The position numbers and the translations under genes were made by a program. A model generated the notes under the pieces. It saw only the letters and a list, made by a program, of their open reading frames with translations, had not been told where the DNA came from and did no database searches. Positions 9,733 to 20,400 of a stretch of DNA of 64,000 nt are shown one piece after another. The first letter of the stretch is position 1, and each line of letters starts with the position of its first letter. Origin of the DNA: Spirochaetia bacterium (GTDB taxonomy: Bacteria; Spirochaetota; Spirochaetia; WTKD01; G963693115); contig CBDDCA010000006.1 in NCBI GenBank assembly GCA_965226055.1, positions 416,001 through 480,000 of the forward strand. Reading direction: 5' to 3'.

Positions 9733-11889
9733 TTATTCTTCCTTTCTCAATTTCGGAGTATATTTAGGAATAAACAATGCCTCATAATCATTTGTAAATT
9801 CAACTTCAACAATTTGGTGCTTATTAGTACGTTTTACCTTTTTAACATACCCACCACCATATTCTTCATGATACACTTTTTGTCCCACTTTCCATTCATC
9901 ATCATTTTCATCTCCTTGATACCTATCACTACCATACGAAGAAGGAGTACTGCTCATAGCAGCATACTGACTCTTCCACACTAAAGATGTATCTATTTGA
10001 GACAAAAATAATGAAGGAGCACAATGCCTGAAATATCCGTATTGCCTACGTTGAAGACAATAACTCAGTACTAAGTGTTTTTTTGCTCTTGTAGCTCCTA
10101 CATAGAATAATCTGCGTTCTTCTTCATAATCAGGAATTTCTGCCTCTCTCTCATATGGCAACACTCCTTCTTCTATCCCACAGATAAGTACCGTATCAAA
10201 CTCAAGTCCCTTAGAACGATGTAAACTCATAAGCTGTACAGAAGCGTTTTGTGTACGAGCTCTTTGTTCTACTAAAGAAATTTGTTCAAAAAAATGGCCC
10301 CATTGCACTTCAGTATTTGCAAAATCAGAAGCAAAGCTTATTATTTCCTCCAAGTTACGTACTTTGTCTGTACCCTGTTGTATATCTTGTTTGCGATAGT
10401 GTTCTTTTAGCCCACTTTTATCCAACAAAACAATAAGGCATTCCCCTATTGATGAACTTGCATCAATATCAGAAACAGCAAATATATCTCGAAATGCACT
10501 AAATCCTTCCTGTGCCTTTTTTGACAATGTATGCAACAAAGATTCATCTTCAATAATATCGTACCATGTACACCCTTCTTTCATATATTGCACTATTTGT
10601 TTTACCGATGCTGCTCCAATGCCTCGCACAGGCTTGTTTATTATTCTTTGAATACTTATAAAATCATTACCATTTTTTAATACACGTAACAAAGAAAGTG
10701 CATCTTTTACTTCTTCCCTATCATAAAAGGAAGTTCCTCCCACAATCTCATAAGGTATTCCTGCTTGAATAAGTGCAGTCTCATATCCACGTGAAAAAGA
10801 ATTTAAACGAAAGAAAATACCTACATTACTATTAGTATCCAATGCTTGTTGTGCTAATGCAGTAATACAATGTCGTTCTTGACTCTCATCTAAAAAACAG
10901 AGTACTTCTGGTTTGTCTCCATCCTGCAAGTGAGAATATATCTCTTTTTTATGTCTTCCTTGATTATGAGAAACAATATCATTTGCAAGTCGTATTATTT
11001 GATTTGTAGAACGATAATTTTCTTCAAGACGTATCAGTGAAGCATTGGTAAAATGTGATGTAAAGGTAAGAATATGTTCAACAATAGCTCCTCTAAATTT
11101 ATAAATAGACTGATCATCATCTCCCACCACACATATATTTGCTGTATGGCTACATAATAAATCTAACAAAAGAAATTGAATGGTGTTTGTGTCTTGATAT
11201 TCATCCACAAGATACCAGCTCCATAAGGCATGTATTGCTTCTAACGTATCTTTATTTTCTCGTAACAGTAAATATGGTTTTAGCAACAAATCACCAAAAT
11301 CAACATTTCCTGTCTTCTGCTTTGCCTCTTCATACGCTCTATAATGATACCTATCGAGCTTAATATGTTCTATCAAGGCATCCTCTGATTGAGGAGTAAG
11401 CCCTCGTTCTTTTACTATAGAAATTTTTCTTAAAGAGCTTTCTGCTGTTTTTGCATCTACAGAAGGCAGAGCTTCTTTAATAAGTGCTTTTTGATCACTA
11501 CTATCATAGATCTGAAAGGTTTGAGGTAAATCCACCAAATTATGAAACAAGCGTAAAATATATGCTCCAAAAGAATGAAATGTGCTAATAAAGGGCCGTT
11601 GTGAGTAATGAACATATGTTCCTATACTCTCTTTTACTCTCTGACTCATTTCTTTTGCAGCTTTATTTGTAAAAGTCATCGCTAATATTTTAGACGGCTC
11701 TACATGTGCCTCTTCTATAAGCCATGCTATTTTTGTGGTAATAACTTTTGTTTTTCCTGACCCTGGCCCTGCCAGAATAAGCAAAGGAGAGCCTGTATGC
11801 ACCACCGAACGATACTGTGCATCATTAAGCTGTTCTAACTGTGTCTGAAGCATATTAACACTCTCTGTAGCATTCTTCATAGAAGACAT
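9733..11889 (-). CDS. uvrD: UvrD/PcrA ATP-dependent DNA helicase
   Basis: AGPGSGKT, TFTNKAA, VDEYQDTN, VGDDDQSIYKFRGA, ENYRS, SKGLEFD, EEERRLFYV. Confidence 0.95.
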   Translation of the reverse strand: MSSMKNATESVNMLQTQLEQLNDAQYRSVVHTGSPLLILAGPGSGKTKVITTKIAWLIEEAHVEPSKILAMTFTNKAAKEMSQRVKESIGTYVHYSQRPFISTFHSFGAYILRLFHNLVDLPQTFQIYDSSDQKALIKEALPSVDAKTAESSLRKISIVKERGLTPQSEDALIEHIKLDRYHYRAYEEAKQKTGNVDFGDLLLKPYLLLRENKDTLEAIHALWSWYLVDEYQDTNTIQFLLLDLLCSHTANICVVGDDDQSIYKFRGAIVEHILTFTSHFTNASLIRLEENYRSTNQIIRLANDIVSHNQGRHKKEIYSHLQDGDKPEVLCFLDESQERHCITALAQQALDTNSNVGIFFRLNSFSRGYETALIQAGIPYEIVGGTSFYDREEVKDALSLLRVLKNGNDFISIQRIINKPVRGIGAASVKQIVQYMKEGCTWYDIIEDESLLHTLSKKAQEGFSAFRDIFAVSDIDASSSIGECLIVLLDKSGLKEHYRKQDIQQGTDKVRNLEEIISFASDFANTEVQWGHFFEQISLVEQRARTQNASVQLMSLHRSKGLEFDTVLICGIEEGVLPYEREAEIPDYEEERRLFYVGATRAKKHLVLSYCLQRRQYGYFRHCAPSLFLSQIDTSLVWKSQYAAMSSTPSSYGSDRYQGDENDDEWKVGQKVYHEEYGGGYVKKVKRTNKHQIVEVEFTNDYEALFIPKYTPKLRKEE

Positions 11890-11901
11890 ATATATACATG
11901 C

Positions 11902-12981
11902 CTATGGACGAGGCACAAACTTCAATACCTCATTACTCTGTTCTGTTACCCAAAGCAGATCAAATACAAAAGGGAGTGCATTTTTCGATATATTCAAAGC
12001 AATATCGTTAATAGAAATAGTAACATTTGCGTCATTCGAAAGATATATTGTTCCCTGATCCTGTACAGTAGTAACATACGACTCATTATTGAGCGAGCGT
12101 TTTTCTACTACTACTGTATTATTTGAAACTATACGAAAAAATGTTTCTGCCGTAAAATCTAAAGAAATCTTAATAGGCTCACGGTTTTTTGTAACAAGAA
12201 TATTCTCTATTTCAGTATCACTATCTATGCTAGGAAACTCTGACTGTAACTGAAAATTACCGTTTACTAAATCTTGATTGTTTACCCTAGGATCTATCCG
12301 AATAAGTAATGTACCATCTTCTTTATTTTGTTCTCTCATAATCAGTAAATAATCAATACTCCCATCATTATCCACATCAATTTGATTTGGAACATTCCGT
12401 TCTAATTGTAAAGTGTTACTCCCAATAGTTACTACTGCATCATCCACAGAGACAATAGTAAATTTTCTTGTAAGACTTGAACCAATAATGGCTACCTCTT
12501 CTCCTTCCGAAAATATCCTCTCATATAGCCCTCCTATTTGTTCAAGATTCTCTACCGAAACTTCTTCTTTCACATCTTGTGTTGGTATAACATCTTGTAT
12601 CATAACAACAATTTGTTCTCGATAAAAAATTACTATTGCTAACAATGAAACAACAATAAACAAAAACGATAGCCGAGACAATATCTTTTTACGTTTCTTT
12701 TTCTTATTTTGTTGTAAACTGATTAAATCAAACTCTACTGGTTTCTCATGCATTGCATTTAATTCAAGCAGTTCAAGTACTTTACTGGGATCTAATCGAA
12801 GATACCGAGCATACAACATAAGAGTTCCTTTTAAGTATGTCTCAGCAGGAAAGGACTCTTTTTGCATTGTTTCAAGTGCTATCAATTTTTGAACAGAAAT
12901 TTTAGTATCTTGCGATGCTTTTTCAAGAGTGATGCCTAACTTTTCTCTTGTTATCCTTAGTATTGTTCCATACTCATTCAT
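11902..12981 (-). CDS. rodZ: RodZ-like HTH membrane protein
   Basis: N-terminal HTH, basic patch, single TM helix, periplasmic domain; downstream of lolA. Confidence 0.75.
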   Translation of the reverse strand: MNEYGTILRITREKLGITLEKASQDTKISVQKLIALETMQKESFPAETYLKGTLMLYARYLRLDPSKVLELLELNAMHEKPVEFDLISLQQNKKKKRKKILSRLSFLFIVVSLLAIVIFYREQIVVMIQDVIPTQDVKEEVSVENLEQIGGLYERIFSEGEEVAIIGSSLTRKFTIVSVDDAVVTIGSNTLQLERNVPNQIDVDNDGSIDYLLIMREQNKEDGTLLIRIDPRVNNQDLVNGNFQLQSEFPSIDSDTEIENILVTKNREPIKISLDFTAETFFRIVSNNTVVVEKRSLNNESYVTTVQDQGTIYLSNDANVTISINDIALNISKNALPFVFDLLWVTEQSNEVLKFVPRP

Positions 12982-13855
12982 TATTTACTACTTCCTCTTT
13001 TATTTCAGATTCTTTATAAAACAAATTATCAATAACTGGTGCAGTTGCTGGTGCTTCAAAAACAAAAGTTGAATCTGGAATACCTTCATTCACAAATATA
13101 TTTATAAAATCAAACTGTATATTCTCATTATTAAATGTCACTGCCTCAACCCGATAAATAAGATTGTCTCTCCCTATTGATAACACAATATCTCTAAAAC
13201 TTTGTACTGACGATTTTCTTCTGAGACGAATTTTCACTACCTTGCGCTCTTCAAAACTGGTTCTTCGTGAAAACAATGTATTAGCTCTACTTATTACTTC
13301 TTTATCATTTTCTAAAGCAACGTACTCTGGAGTATCAAAATAGGAAACAGAATAATTTTTCAATAATATATCTAGTCCTGTACGTGTCACAAATGTTCCT
13401 GCGGAACTTTGTGTTTCGCTTCTCTTTTGATGAAGTACTACATTCTCAGTAGGAAGATATACATAAAAATCTTCACCATCACTGTTAATAATCTGCCCTT
13501 GAGGCTTACGATATGCAATATGCAATTTTGTAGGAGGCTTTATATATATTTCACAATATGCAACTTCTCCATTATGGGTAATAATCAACAATGACTGTAA
13601 ATCGTCCATCTGCCCATAACGAGCAGCAACAGTTTCCATAAAATCTCTCGCAGTAACAATGTACTGAGCTTGTTCATTCAAAGCATCGTTCTCTTGCTCT
13701 TGAACAAGCTCCTGTGTTTCCTGTGCAGTTACCACTATAGGAGAAATATACGACACTATACCCATAAAAAACAGCATATGAGTACATTTTTTTATTATAT
13801 ATGAAACAGTGTGCAGTATATTCATACGGCTTTTCACTCTATTTAGCATTGTCAT
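12974..13855 (-). CDS. lolA: Outer-membrane lipoprotein carrier LolA family protein
   Basis: KPPTKLHIAY, IINSDGEDFYVYLP, NEGIPDSTFVF. Confidence 0.8.
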   Translation of the reverse strand: MTMLNRVKSRMNILHTVSYIIKKCTHMLFFMGIVSYISPIVVTAQETQELVQEQENDALNEQAQYIVTARDFMETVAARYGQMDDLQSLLIITHNGEVAYCEIYIKPPTKLHIAYRKPQGQIINSDGEDFYVYLPTENVVLHQKRSETQSSAGTFVTRTGLDILLKNYSVSYFDTPEYVALENDKEVISRANTLFSRRTSFEERKVVKIRLRRKSSVQSFRDIVLSIGRDNLIYRVEAVTFNNENIQFDFINIFVNEGIPDSTFVFEAPATAPVIDNLFYKESEIKEEVVNNE

Positions 13856-14011
13856 TCTATCTATAGTAAGTATAGTGAAAATAAAGAATAATTTCTAATA
13901 CTCATACTCTATGAAAAGTAATTATATACTTATTATAAATAAGGGGATATACAAAGAAAAAAGAGTGAATTTAGAGTATATAAGCTACTTTATAAAAATC
14001 TTTCCATATGT

Positions 14012-14506
14012 TCAATATAGTCCTATTCTAACTTTCATTGCTGGAACAGAAACCTTAAAATCATCTGCTAGCCTCTTTACTATTTTATCTTGACCTCTTA
14101 TATTTTCATATGTATCTAATGCTTTTTTTATAGTCTCAGCTGGCATAATTATATCAGAAGCTAAGCGATTTGCTTCAATTTCTATTTTATTTGATAAACC
14201 ACTACGATATAAGGTATCATCTTCTATCCCATCCCCAATATGTTCTTTATGTAAGAAAAAATGTGCTAGTTCATGTGCTAGCGTAAATCTTTTTATTTCT
14301 TCAGGATGTAAAACACTAACATATATGGTATATCTACCTTTATTATCATTTTTGAAAATTTTTCCTGCTATGTTGCCCATCCATTTATACTCTACTTCTA
14401 TATCATATGTATCAGCTATAGCACGTAAATCAATAGGATAATGTGATAATAATTGCTTATCTGTTAAGTCCTGTAATATTTCTTGCATATGCCTCACCAA
14501 TTTCAT
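14012..14506 (-). CDS. ImmA/IrrE family metallopeptidase (M78) without HTH
   Basis: RFTLAHELAHFFLH, EIEANRLASDIIMP, FKVSVPAMKVRI. Confidence 0.92.
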   Translation of the reverse strand: MKLVRHMQEILQDLTDKQLLSHYPIDLRAIADTYDIEVEYKWMGNIAGKIFKNDNKGRYTIYVSVLHPEEIKRFTLAHELAHFFLHKEHIGDGIEDDTLYRSGLSNKIEIEANRLASDIIMPAETIKKALDTYENIRGQDKIVKRLADDFKVSVPAMKVRIGLY

Positions 14507-14513
14507 TATTATA

Positions 14514-14768
14514 CTATAAGTATTTATCTTTTGTTTTATCTAAGATTTCTTTTTTTGTTATTGTACTGATATTCCTTTCAGCAAAAGCCTCATTTATCGA
14601 TTCATCTAATAGGTATTTACTCTGTTCATAATATTGTGTTTTTACACGCTTTTCTATTTTTTCTTCTATTATATCTTGTATTTTTTGCCAACCAATAAAT
14701 CCAAATACTGCAATTCCTACTGACATTGCAGCTAAAATAATATAGAGAGAAAAACTACTGCTACTCAT
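14514..14768 (-). CDS. Small single-TM protein upstream of the ImmA/IrrE peptidase
   Basis: ATG at 14768 overlaps the apbE end; TM helix then charged helix; 84 aa. Confidence 0.6.
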   Translation of the reverse strand: MSSSSFSLYIILAAMSVGIAVFGFIGWQKIQDIIEEKIEKRVKTQYYEQSKYLLDESINEAFAERNISTITKKEILDKTKDKYL

Positions 14769-15873
14769 CCATCGTGTACTCTTTGCTCGCAAGCTCCACA
14801 TTATCTTTTAGCCCCGAACTGACAACAATAGTTTTATTACGAGTAATAAAAATTGCTTCAGCTTCAGGTTGTGCTTCAATAAATGAGTAAGCTTCCTCAA
14901 ACCCCATCACAAACACCGCTGTCGCTAATGCGTCTGCCACAACACTCTTACTATGAACAATAGTCACACTTAACAAAGTATTGCGTGCAGGATACCCTGT
15001 CCGAGGATCCAGTATATGAAAATACTCTTTTCCGTCTACTTCAAAGTAACGCTCATATACCCCACTCGTAACAATAGACATTCCTGCAGTATTGAATATT
15101 TTTAAGACAAGCACATACTCACCAGGAGCATATGGTTTTTGAATACCTATGTTCCATGACTTTCCCTGTTGCTTTTCACCAAAAACAACAATATTTCCTC
15201 CAAAATCTAAGATAGCTGCTGTTACCCCTTGATCTTGCAAGTATGTTTTTACAAGATCAGCCGCATACCCTTTCGCAATAGCCCCTACATCAATACTCTG
15301 TCCCACTCCTAAACGTAATACATTCCCTTCAAGAGACATAGACTGCCAATGTACCTTTGCAAGCTGTAATTGTATTTCATTATCGTCTGGAACAAAGGCC
15401 TCTCCTGAATTAAACCCCCACACATCCACTACAGGACTTATAGTAGGATCAAACGCTCCATTGCTCATCCGTGCTATATCAATACTCACCGCAAGCACCT
15501 CTGCAAGCTCTGCAGGAACAACATAATCACGCATATTACGAATATCTGTATAGTCTACTCCTTTTTCACTCAATGCCTGGCTCATATTTTCTCCACGATA
15601 GAATTGTGCCAGTGCATCTTGAGACTGTCTATTGATGTCTAGTAATACAGTAGAATCATAATCATCACTTGACACCGACATCATTTGCTCTATACTCTTT
15701 ATTGTACGAAAAGACTGTTGAATAAGATTCTGTGTTCCACCCTCTATAAGTTGTATTGACACTACTGTACCTAAAAGAAGCTCTGCGTCACTATAATTAC
15801 TCTTTTGACAAGATAAAATGAATACAGATATAATAAAGATAATAAAGATATTTTTTCTTATTGTAAATCGCAT
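14761..15873 (-). CDS. apbE: FAD:protein FMN transferase ApbE (lipoprotein)
   Basis: Lipobox ILS-C, GAFDPTI, DVGAIAKGYAAD, TSGVYERY, HILDPRTGYP, ADALAT. Confidence 0.95.
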   Translation of the reverse strand: MRFTIRKNIFIIFIISVFILSCQKSNYSDAELLLGTVVSIQLIEGGTQNLIQQSFRTIKSIEQMMSVSSDDYDSTVLLDINRQSQDALAQFYRGENMSQALSEKGVDYTDIRNMRDYVVPAELAEVLAVSIDIARMSNGAFDPTISPVVDVWGFNSGEAFVPDDNEIQLQLAKVHWQSMSLEGNVLRLGVGQSIDVGAIAKGYAADLVKTYLQDQGVTAAILDFGGNIVVFGEKQQGKSWNIGIQKPYAPGEYVLVLKIFNTAGMSIVTSGVYERYFEVDGKEYFHILDPRTGYPARNTLLSVTIVHSKSVVADALATAVFVMGFEEAYSFIEAQPEAEAIFITRNKTIVVSSGLKDNVELASKEYTMDE

Positions 15874-15929
15874 AATTTGTACTATATTTTAATAATAGTA
15901 TACTATCTTTATAGGAGCTTGCCATTATT

Positions 15930-17366
15930 ATGAAACTTCCAGAAAATGAAAATCATTATCCAATCCTTCATTACTTTGAATATGATTTCTTACATATGTA
16001 TGAAAGAACATGGACCAGCATAGAGAATAGTTGGGAAACACTCAATGTAGATCCCGAACACTCTTTTGGGTGCATACACTATGAAAACATGAAAAGCATT
16101 AATCTTGTTGATGCTGCCTGCGCTCAATTTTACCTACTGTATTCAAACGATAGATTCAATCCTACCAGCACATTAGATTTTTTCTATGCTCATCAAGAAG
16201 AAAATGGAGCTATACGTGCTAACTACGACATACAAACTTTTAAGCCAATACTGAAGAAAGATAACCCCGAAGGCATATCTTGCCCTATTATATTATGGGC
16301 AGAATATAATCATTTCAATAAGACAGATAACAAAAAACGCCTCAAAGAAATTATTCCTAAACTGGACAATTATCTTAATTGGCTTATATCACTTACTAAA
16401 AAACCCAATGGCTTATTCCATGCTCCATTGAGTGCTACATTCCTGCCTGGTCCTGCACGAAAAAATACCTATTATCCCATAGACTTTAATGTATTCATGG
16501 CAGCAGCATTTAATTTTATGTCAAAGCTCACCAACTTTACTAACCATCGCAATTTAGTTATCAAATACACAAAAATGTTCTATCAATTAAAATCGCTTAT
16601 TAACAATCACTTTTGGGACAACAGCGATAAAATTTACTACGATTTAGATGAACATATGAATCATATAAAAGTGAAAACAATACTTTCCTTTTTTCCATTG
16701 CTTGCAAATATACCAAAAAGTGATAAATATAACTCTTTAATGAGATACCTCAAAAGTCCAGAACATTTTCAAACAGATCATCCTTTCCCTTGCATATCTC
16801 TTAGTGATTCTCATTTTTCATCTTCGGGACAAATATACAAAGGAAGTGTTCATTTTCTCCTTAATTTCATTCTTATCAAAGGACTAGAACAATACGAAAG
16901 CCATGAATTTTTACGAGAATGTATTATCAAACATCTTTACGGTGTACTTTCTGTATTTGAATCGGAAGACAAAGAGCTATCTGACACATTTTGGGAAGCA
17001 TATCATGCAAAAAAAGAGCTTCCTGCAAAATCAACAAAAGCTATTACTGTTCGTCCTAACTTTACTATTCATGCAGCCTTAGCAACTATTGTGTTAATGA
17101 TAGAAAATATTATTGGAATAGAAATTAATTTACCAAAAAAAATGTTACATTGGGTTATCCCTAACCTTGAAGAACTCGGCATCGAATACATTCAACTCAA
17201 AAAGAACTATATCTCAACATTATTGGTAAAAAATAAACGAGGGTGGGAGATACGCCACAGCTCTGAAAAACTCTATTACTTTTCGGTAGATGTGCTAGAG
17301 ATGAGCAAGAAAAAAACACTCCCTTTTCCTTCGGGAAAATGCTCTTTGTTATTAGAAAAGCTATAA
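15930..17366 (+). CDS. MGH1-like/trehalase-type (alpha/alpha)6 glycoside hydrolase
   Basis: DFFYAHQEENG, PIILWAEY, FWDNSDKIYYD, FWEAY; SD AGGAG. Confidence 0.7.
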   Translation: MKLPENENHYPILHYFEYDFLHMYERTWTSIENSWETLNVDPEHSFGCIHYENMKSINLVDAACAQFYLLYSNDRFNPTSTLDFFYAHQEENGAIRANYDIQTFKPILKKDNPEGISCPIILWAEYNHFNKTDNKKRLKEIIPKLDNYLNWLISLTKKPNGLFHAPLSATFLPGPARKNTYYPIDFNVFMAAAFNFMSKLTNFTNHRNLVIKYTKMFYQLKSLINNHFWDNSDKIYYDLDEHMNHIKVKTILSFFPLLANIPKSDKYNSLMRYLKSPEHFQTDHPFPCISLSDSHFSSSGQIYKGSVHFLLNFILIKGLEQYESHEFLRECIIKHLYGVLSVFESEDKELSDTFWEAYHAKKELPAKSTKAITVRPNFTIHAALATIVLMIENIIGIEINLPKKMLHWVIPNLEELGIEYIQLKKNYISTLLVKNKRGWEIRHSSEKLYYFSVDVLEMSKKKTLPFPSGKCSLLLEKL

Positions 17367-17396
17367 CAAGAGAGTGCATAACACTCTCTTGTTATA
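17362..17396. terminator. Stem-loop between convergent genes
   Basis: 15-bp inverted repeat tataacaagagagtg/cactctcttgttata with 5-nt loop. Confidence 0.75.
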
Positions 17397-17404
17397 TGTA
17401 TACC

Positions 17405-20400
17405 CTACGATGAGGGACATGCTACTTTATCAGTTTTATCCTTTGGCCACTGTGATCTTTTGTTGGCCATAGCTGACAATCTGAAAACAAAATTATCTAA
17501 AGCTACTTTACACACTTTCCATGATGATAAATTTTGATCAAATGCAGAAGCACTCTCAAACATTGAATTCATGCCTGTAACGCTACTCAAATCCCAGCTT
17601 CCTATGTCTTGATTAAAGTCACTTGCTTCAAAAAACATATAATTTGTACTAGTTACTCCCTTAACATCCCAATTTCCTATGTCTTGATTAAAAGTCATAC
17701 TACGAAACATTGAATTCATGTTTGTAACGCTACTCACATCCCAGCTTCCTATGTCTTGATTAAAAACTCTTGCGTTATTAAACATAGAAAACATAGTAGT
17801 AACTTCTCCCGTATCCCAATCTCCTATATCTTGATTAAAAGAAGTTGCTAACCAAAACATCTCACCCATATTCATTACATTACTGGTATTCCAGTTTGTA
17901 ATATCTCCATTAAAGGTGCTATCTTTAAAAAATAAACTACTCATATCAGTAATAGCACTGGTATCTATCATGTTGAGGTTGGGGCTATTGGTGTTTTGTC
18001 TGCCTGCTCCTCTTTCTGCAGTGATAATATCTTGCAATGCTTTCTTCGTTGTTGGTCTGTAATAGCTAGCTACTTGTCCTGCTAGTTTCACAAGCCCTGT
18101 CTCTATATTGATAGTTGCAAGTACCTTTTGTCCCGAGTATGCTCCTGAAGAAGTAATCGTACATTCCACTACTCCATAGTTATAGTCAGTTATAGCAGTA
18201 TCATGTATGTTTGATTTATTTGCTGTGCCTGTTATTGTTATTGTATTGGTATTTTTTGCAAATGTTACTGTTAAGCCTGTTTCTTCTTTGAGTGTGCTGT
18301 CATCTAAGGTGCTTTCATCACAGGTAAAGGTAAGTCCGCTAGGACTGATACTGGTAAGTACTCTCGTTGTATTTTGTGCAAGTGCTGTGCCTACTGTTGC
18401 TGATACCTTTGTGGCATTTCCTATCGCTACTGCTGGGGTGCTAGCAGATACTGCTGTTGCTTCTGCTGATACTTTTGTCTTTTTGAGGCTGTTTACTGCT
18501 ACTGCGGTGATATAGTACTTTGTATTCAATCGTAGGTTGCTTATTGTATAGCTTGTTGCTCCTGTTGGCACATCGTCTTTTTCTGCTCCTTCTTGTGCAT
18601 CGCTTGCTCCTTGTGCCTGTGTTTTTACTGTTGCTCCATCTATGTTTGTTTTTGAGGCTGCGTAGTATACTATATAGTCTATTTGATTATCTCTTAAATC
18701 AGTTCCTTCTGCTGTCGTTCCTTTTACGGTTGGGGCTGTTATGGTAAGTACTATAGTAGCTCCTTGTGCATTTGCTTGTATGGTGGGCTTTCCTGGTGCG
18801 GCATAGGCTTCTTTTGCGATAAACTCCTTGCGTAGTCCTGTTGCTTCTTTGCTGGTATCGGTGCTGTTTACTGCTTGCACTACTATTTCGTAAGTTGTGC
18901 CTACTGTCAATCCTGTCAGAGTGCTATTGGTTGTGCCTGCTGCTACTGTTGTGGAACTTCCTGCTGCTGTTTTTATTTGTGCTACTGTCCTTGTTGTACT
19001 GCCACTTTTGGCTACTTTGTATACTTTGTACGATACTTGTGCGGCTGTTAGGGTGTCTCCTTTGTTTGTTTTGTGGCTTGCATTGAGGCTGGGGGCTGTC
19101 CACGATATTGTTGCACTCCCTCCTGTTACTCCTCCTACTTGTATGTTGCTTACTTCTGCGGGAGCTGTCGCTTGTGATGCGGTTGTTACACTTGCCACTG
19201 TCGATACTGCTTTTTTGCTTGTGTCTGTTTTTACTGCTACTTCTACCACAAAGTGATACTTTGTTGCTCCTTTTATTGCTACTACTGGTGCTGTTTCGCT
19301 AGACAAACCTAAACTGCTAAGGGCTGATACTGTGTACACTCCGCTACTTGCTGTGCCTATGTTTACTTTTCTGCCTCTTTGTACTTCTGCTACTGTAGGG
19401 GTTGTGTCTTTCTGTAAGCCGTACACTGTGTATACTAGCTCATCATTGCTTGTTACTGTTGTGCCATCTTTGTTTTTTGCTCCTGTTATTGTGCTTAACT
19501 GTGTGAGTACGAGCTTTATTGTTCCTACTGTGTTTGTTGAGGGTGATACTACCAGCTTGCCTGTTAAGGACGATGTAGGGGCTGTTGCTTTTGAGGTGGG
19601 GATAGTGCTTAATTCTAGTTTTTGTATCAGTGAGGGATCTTTACTTTGTGCTTTCTTTGTTGCATAGGGATTGAGGCTGTTTATTGCTTCTATGCCTATG
19701 GTGTACACTGCTCCCTTTGTTCCTATAAATGTTCCTCGTAAGCTGCTGTTTCCTGCTATCTCTTGCGTTTGTACTCCTCCCATTGCTTTTATTTCTGCTA
19801 TGCTTTTAGTACTCTGGTCTCCTGCTACTATGTATACTTTGTACTGTATTTGTGCCTGTGTGAGTTGTCTGTCATTGGGTGCTTTGTGCTTACTGGTAAT
19901 TGTTCCTTTTTGAAACTCATACTGTACTGTATCGCTTGTTTGTGTTGATGTTTCGATAAACAGAGTGAGATTCTCTGGTGCGGGTGGGACAGTGGATACT
20001 GCATCATATACTGCTACTTTATCAGTGAGCGTTGTTGGGGGACTTACTCTGTTATTTTCTACTGTGAGAAAGGTAAAGCTATAGCTTTTTGCATTTGCTT
20101 GTGTTGAGGATACTTCTACGCCATCTGCTATACCAAAGCTAATGGTGGTAGCTGTACTTGTTATGCTCTTTTCTGCTACCAAGTTTGTGCCATCTAACAT
20201 ACGCAGGGTGTAGTATCGCCCTATGCCTGGAGCTTGCTTAAATGTTGCTTTTATTTGTATTGCTCCTGTACTTGTGTCTAGGGCAGGCTTGCTTTGAAAG
20301 AGATCTTCTGAGGGAGCTGTGAGTGAGTTGGGGGTGGTTATGTCTTTTGTTGCTTGGGTGCTTTTGTTTCCTGAGTAATCATAAGTCAGTATTGTTATGG

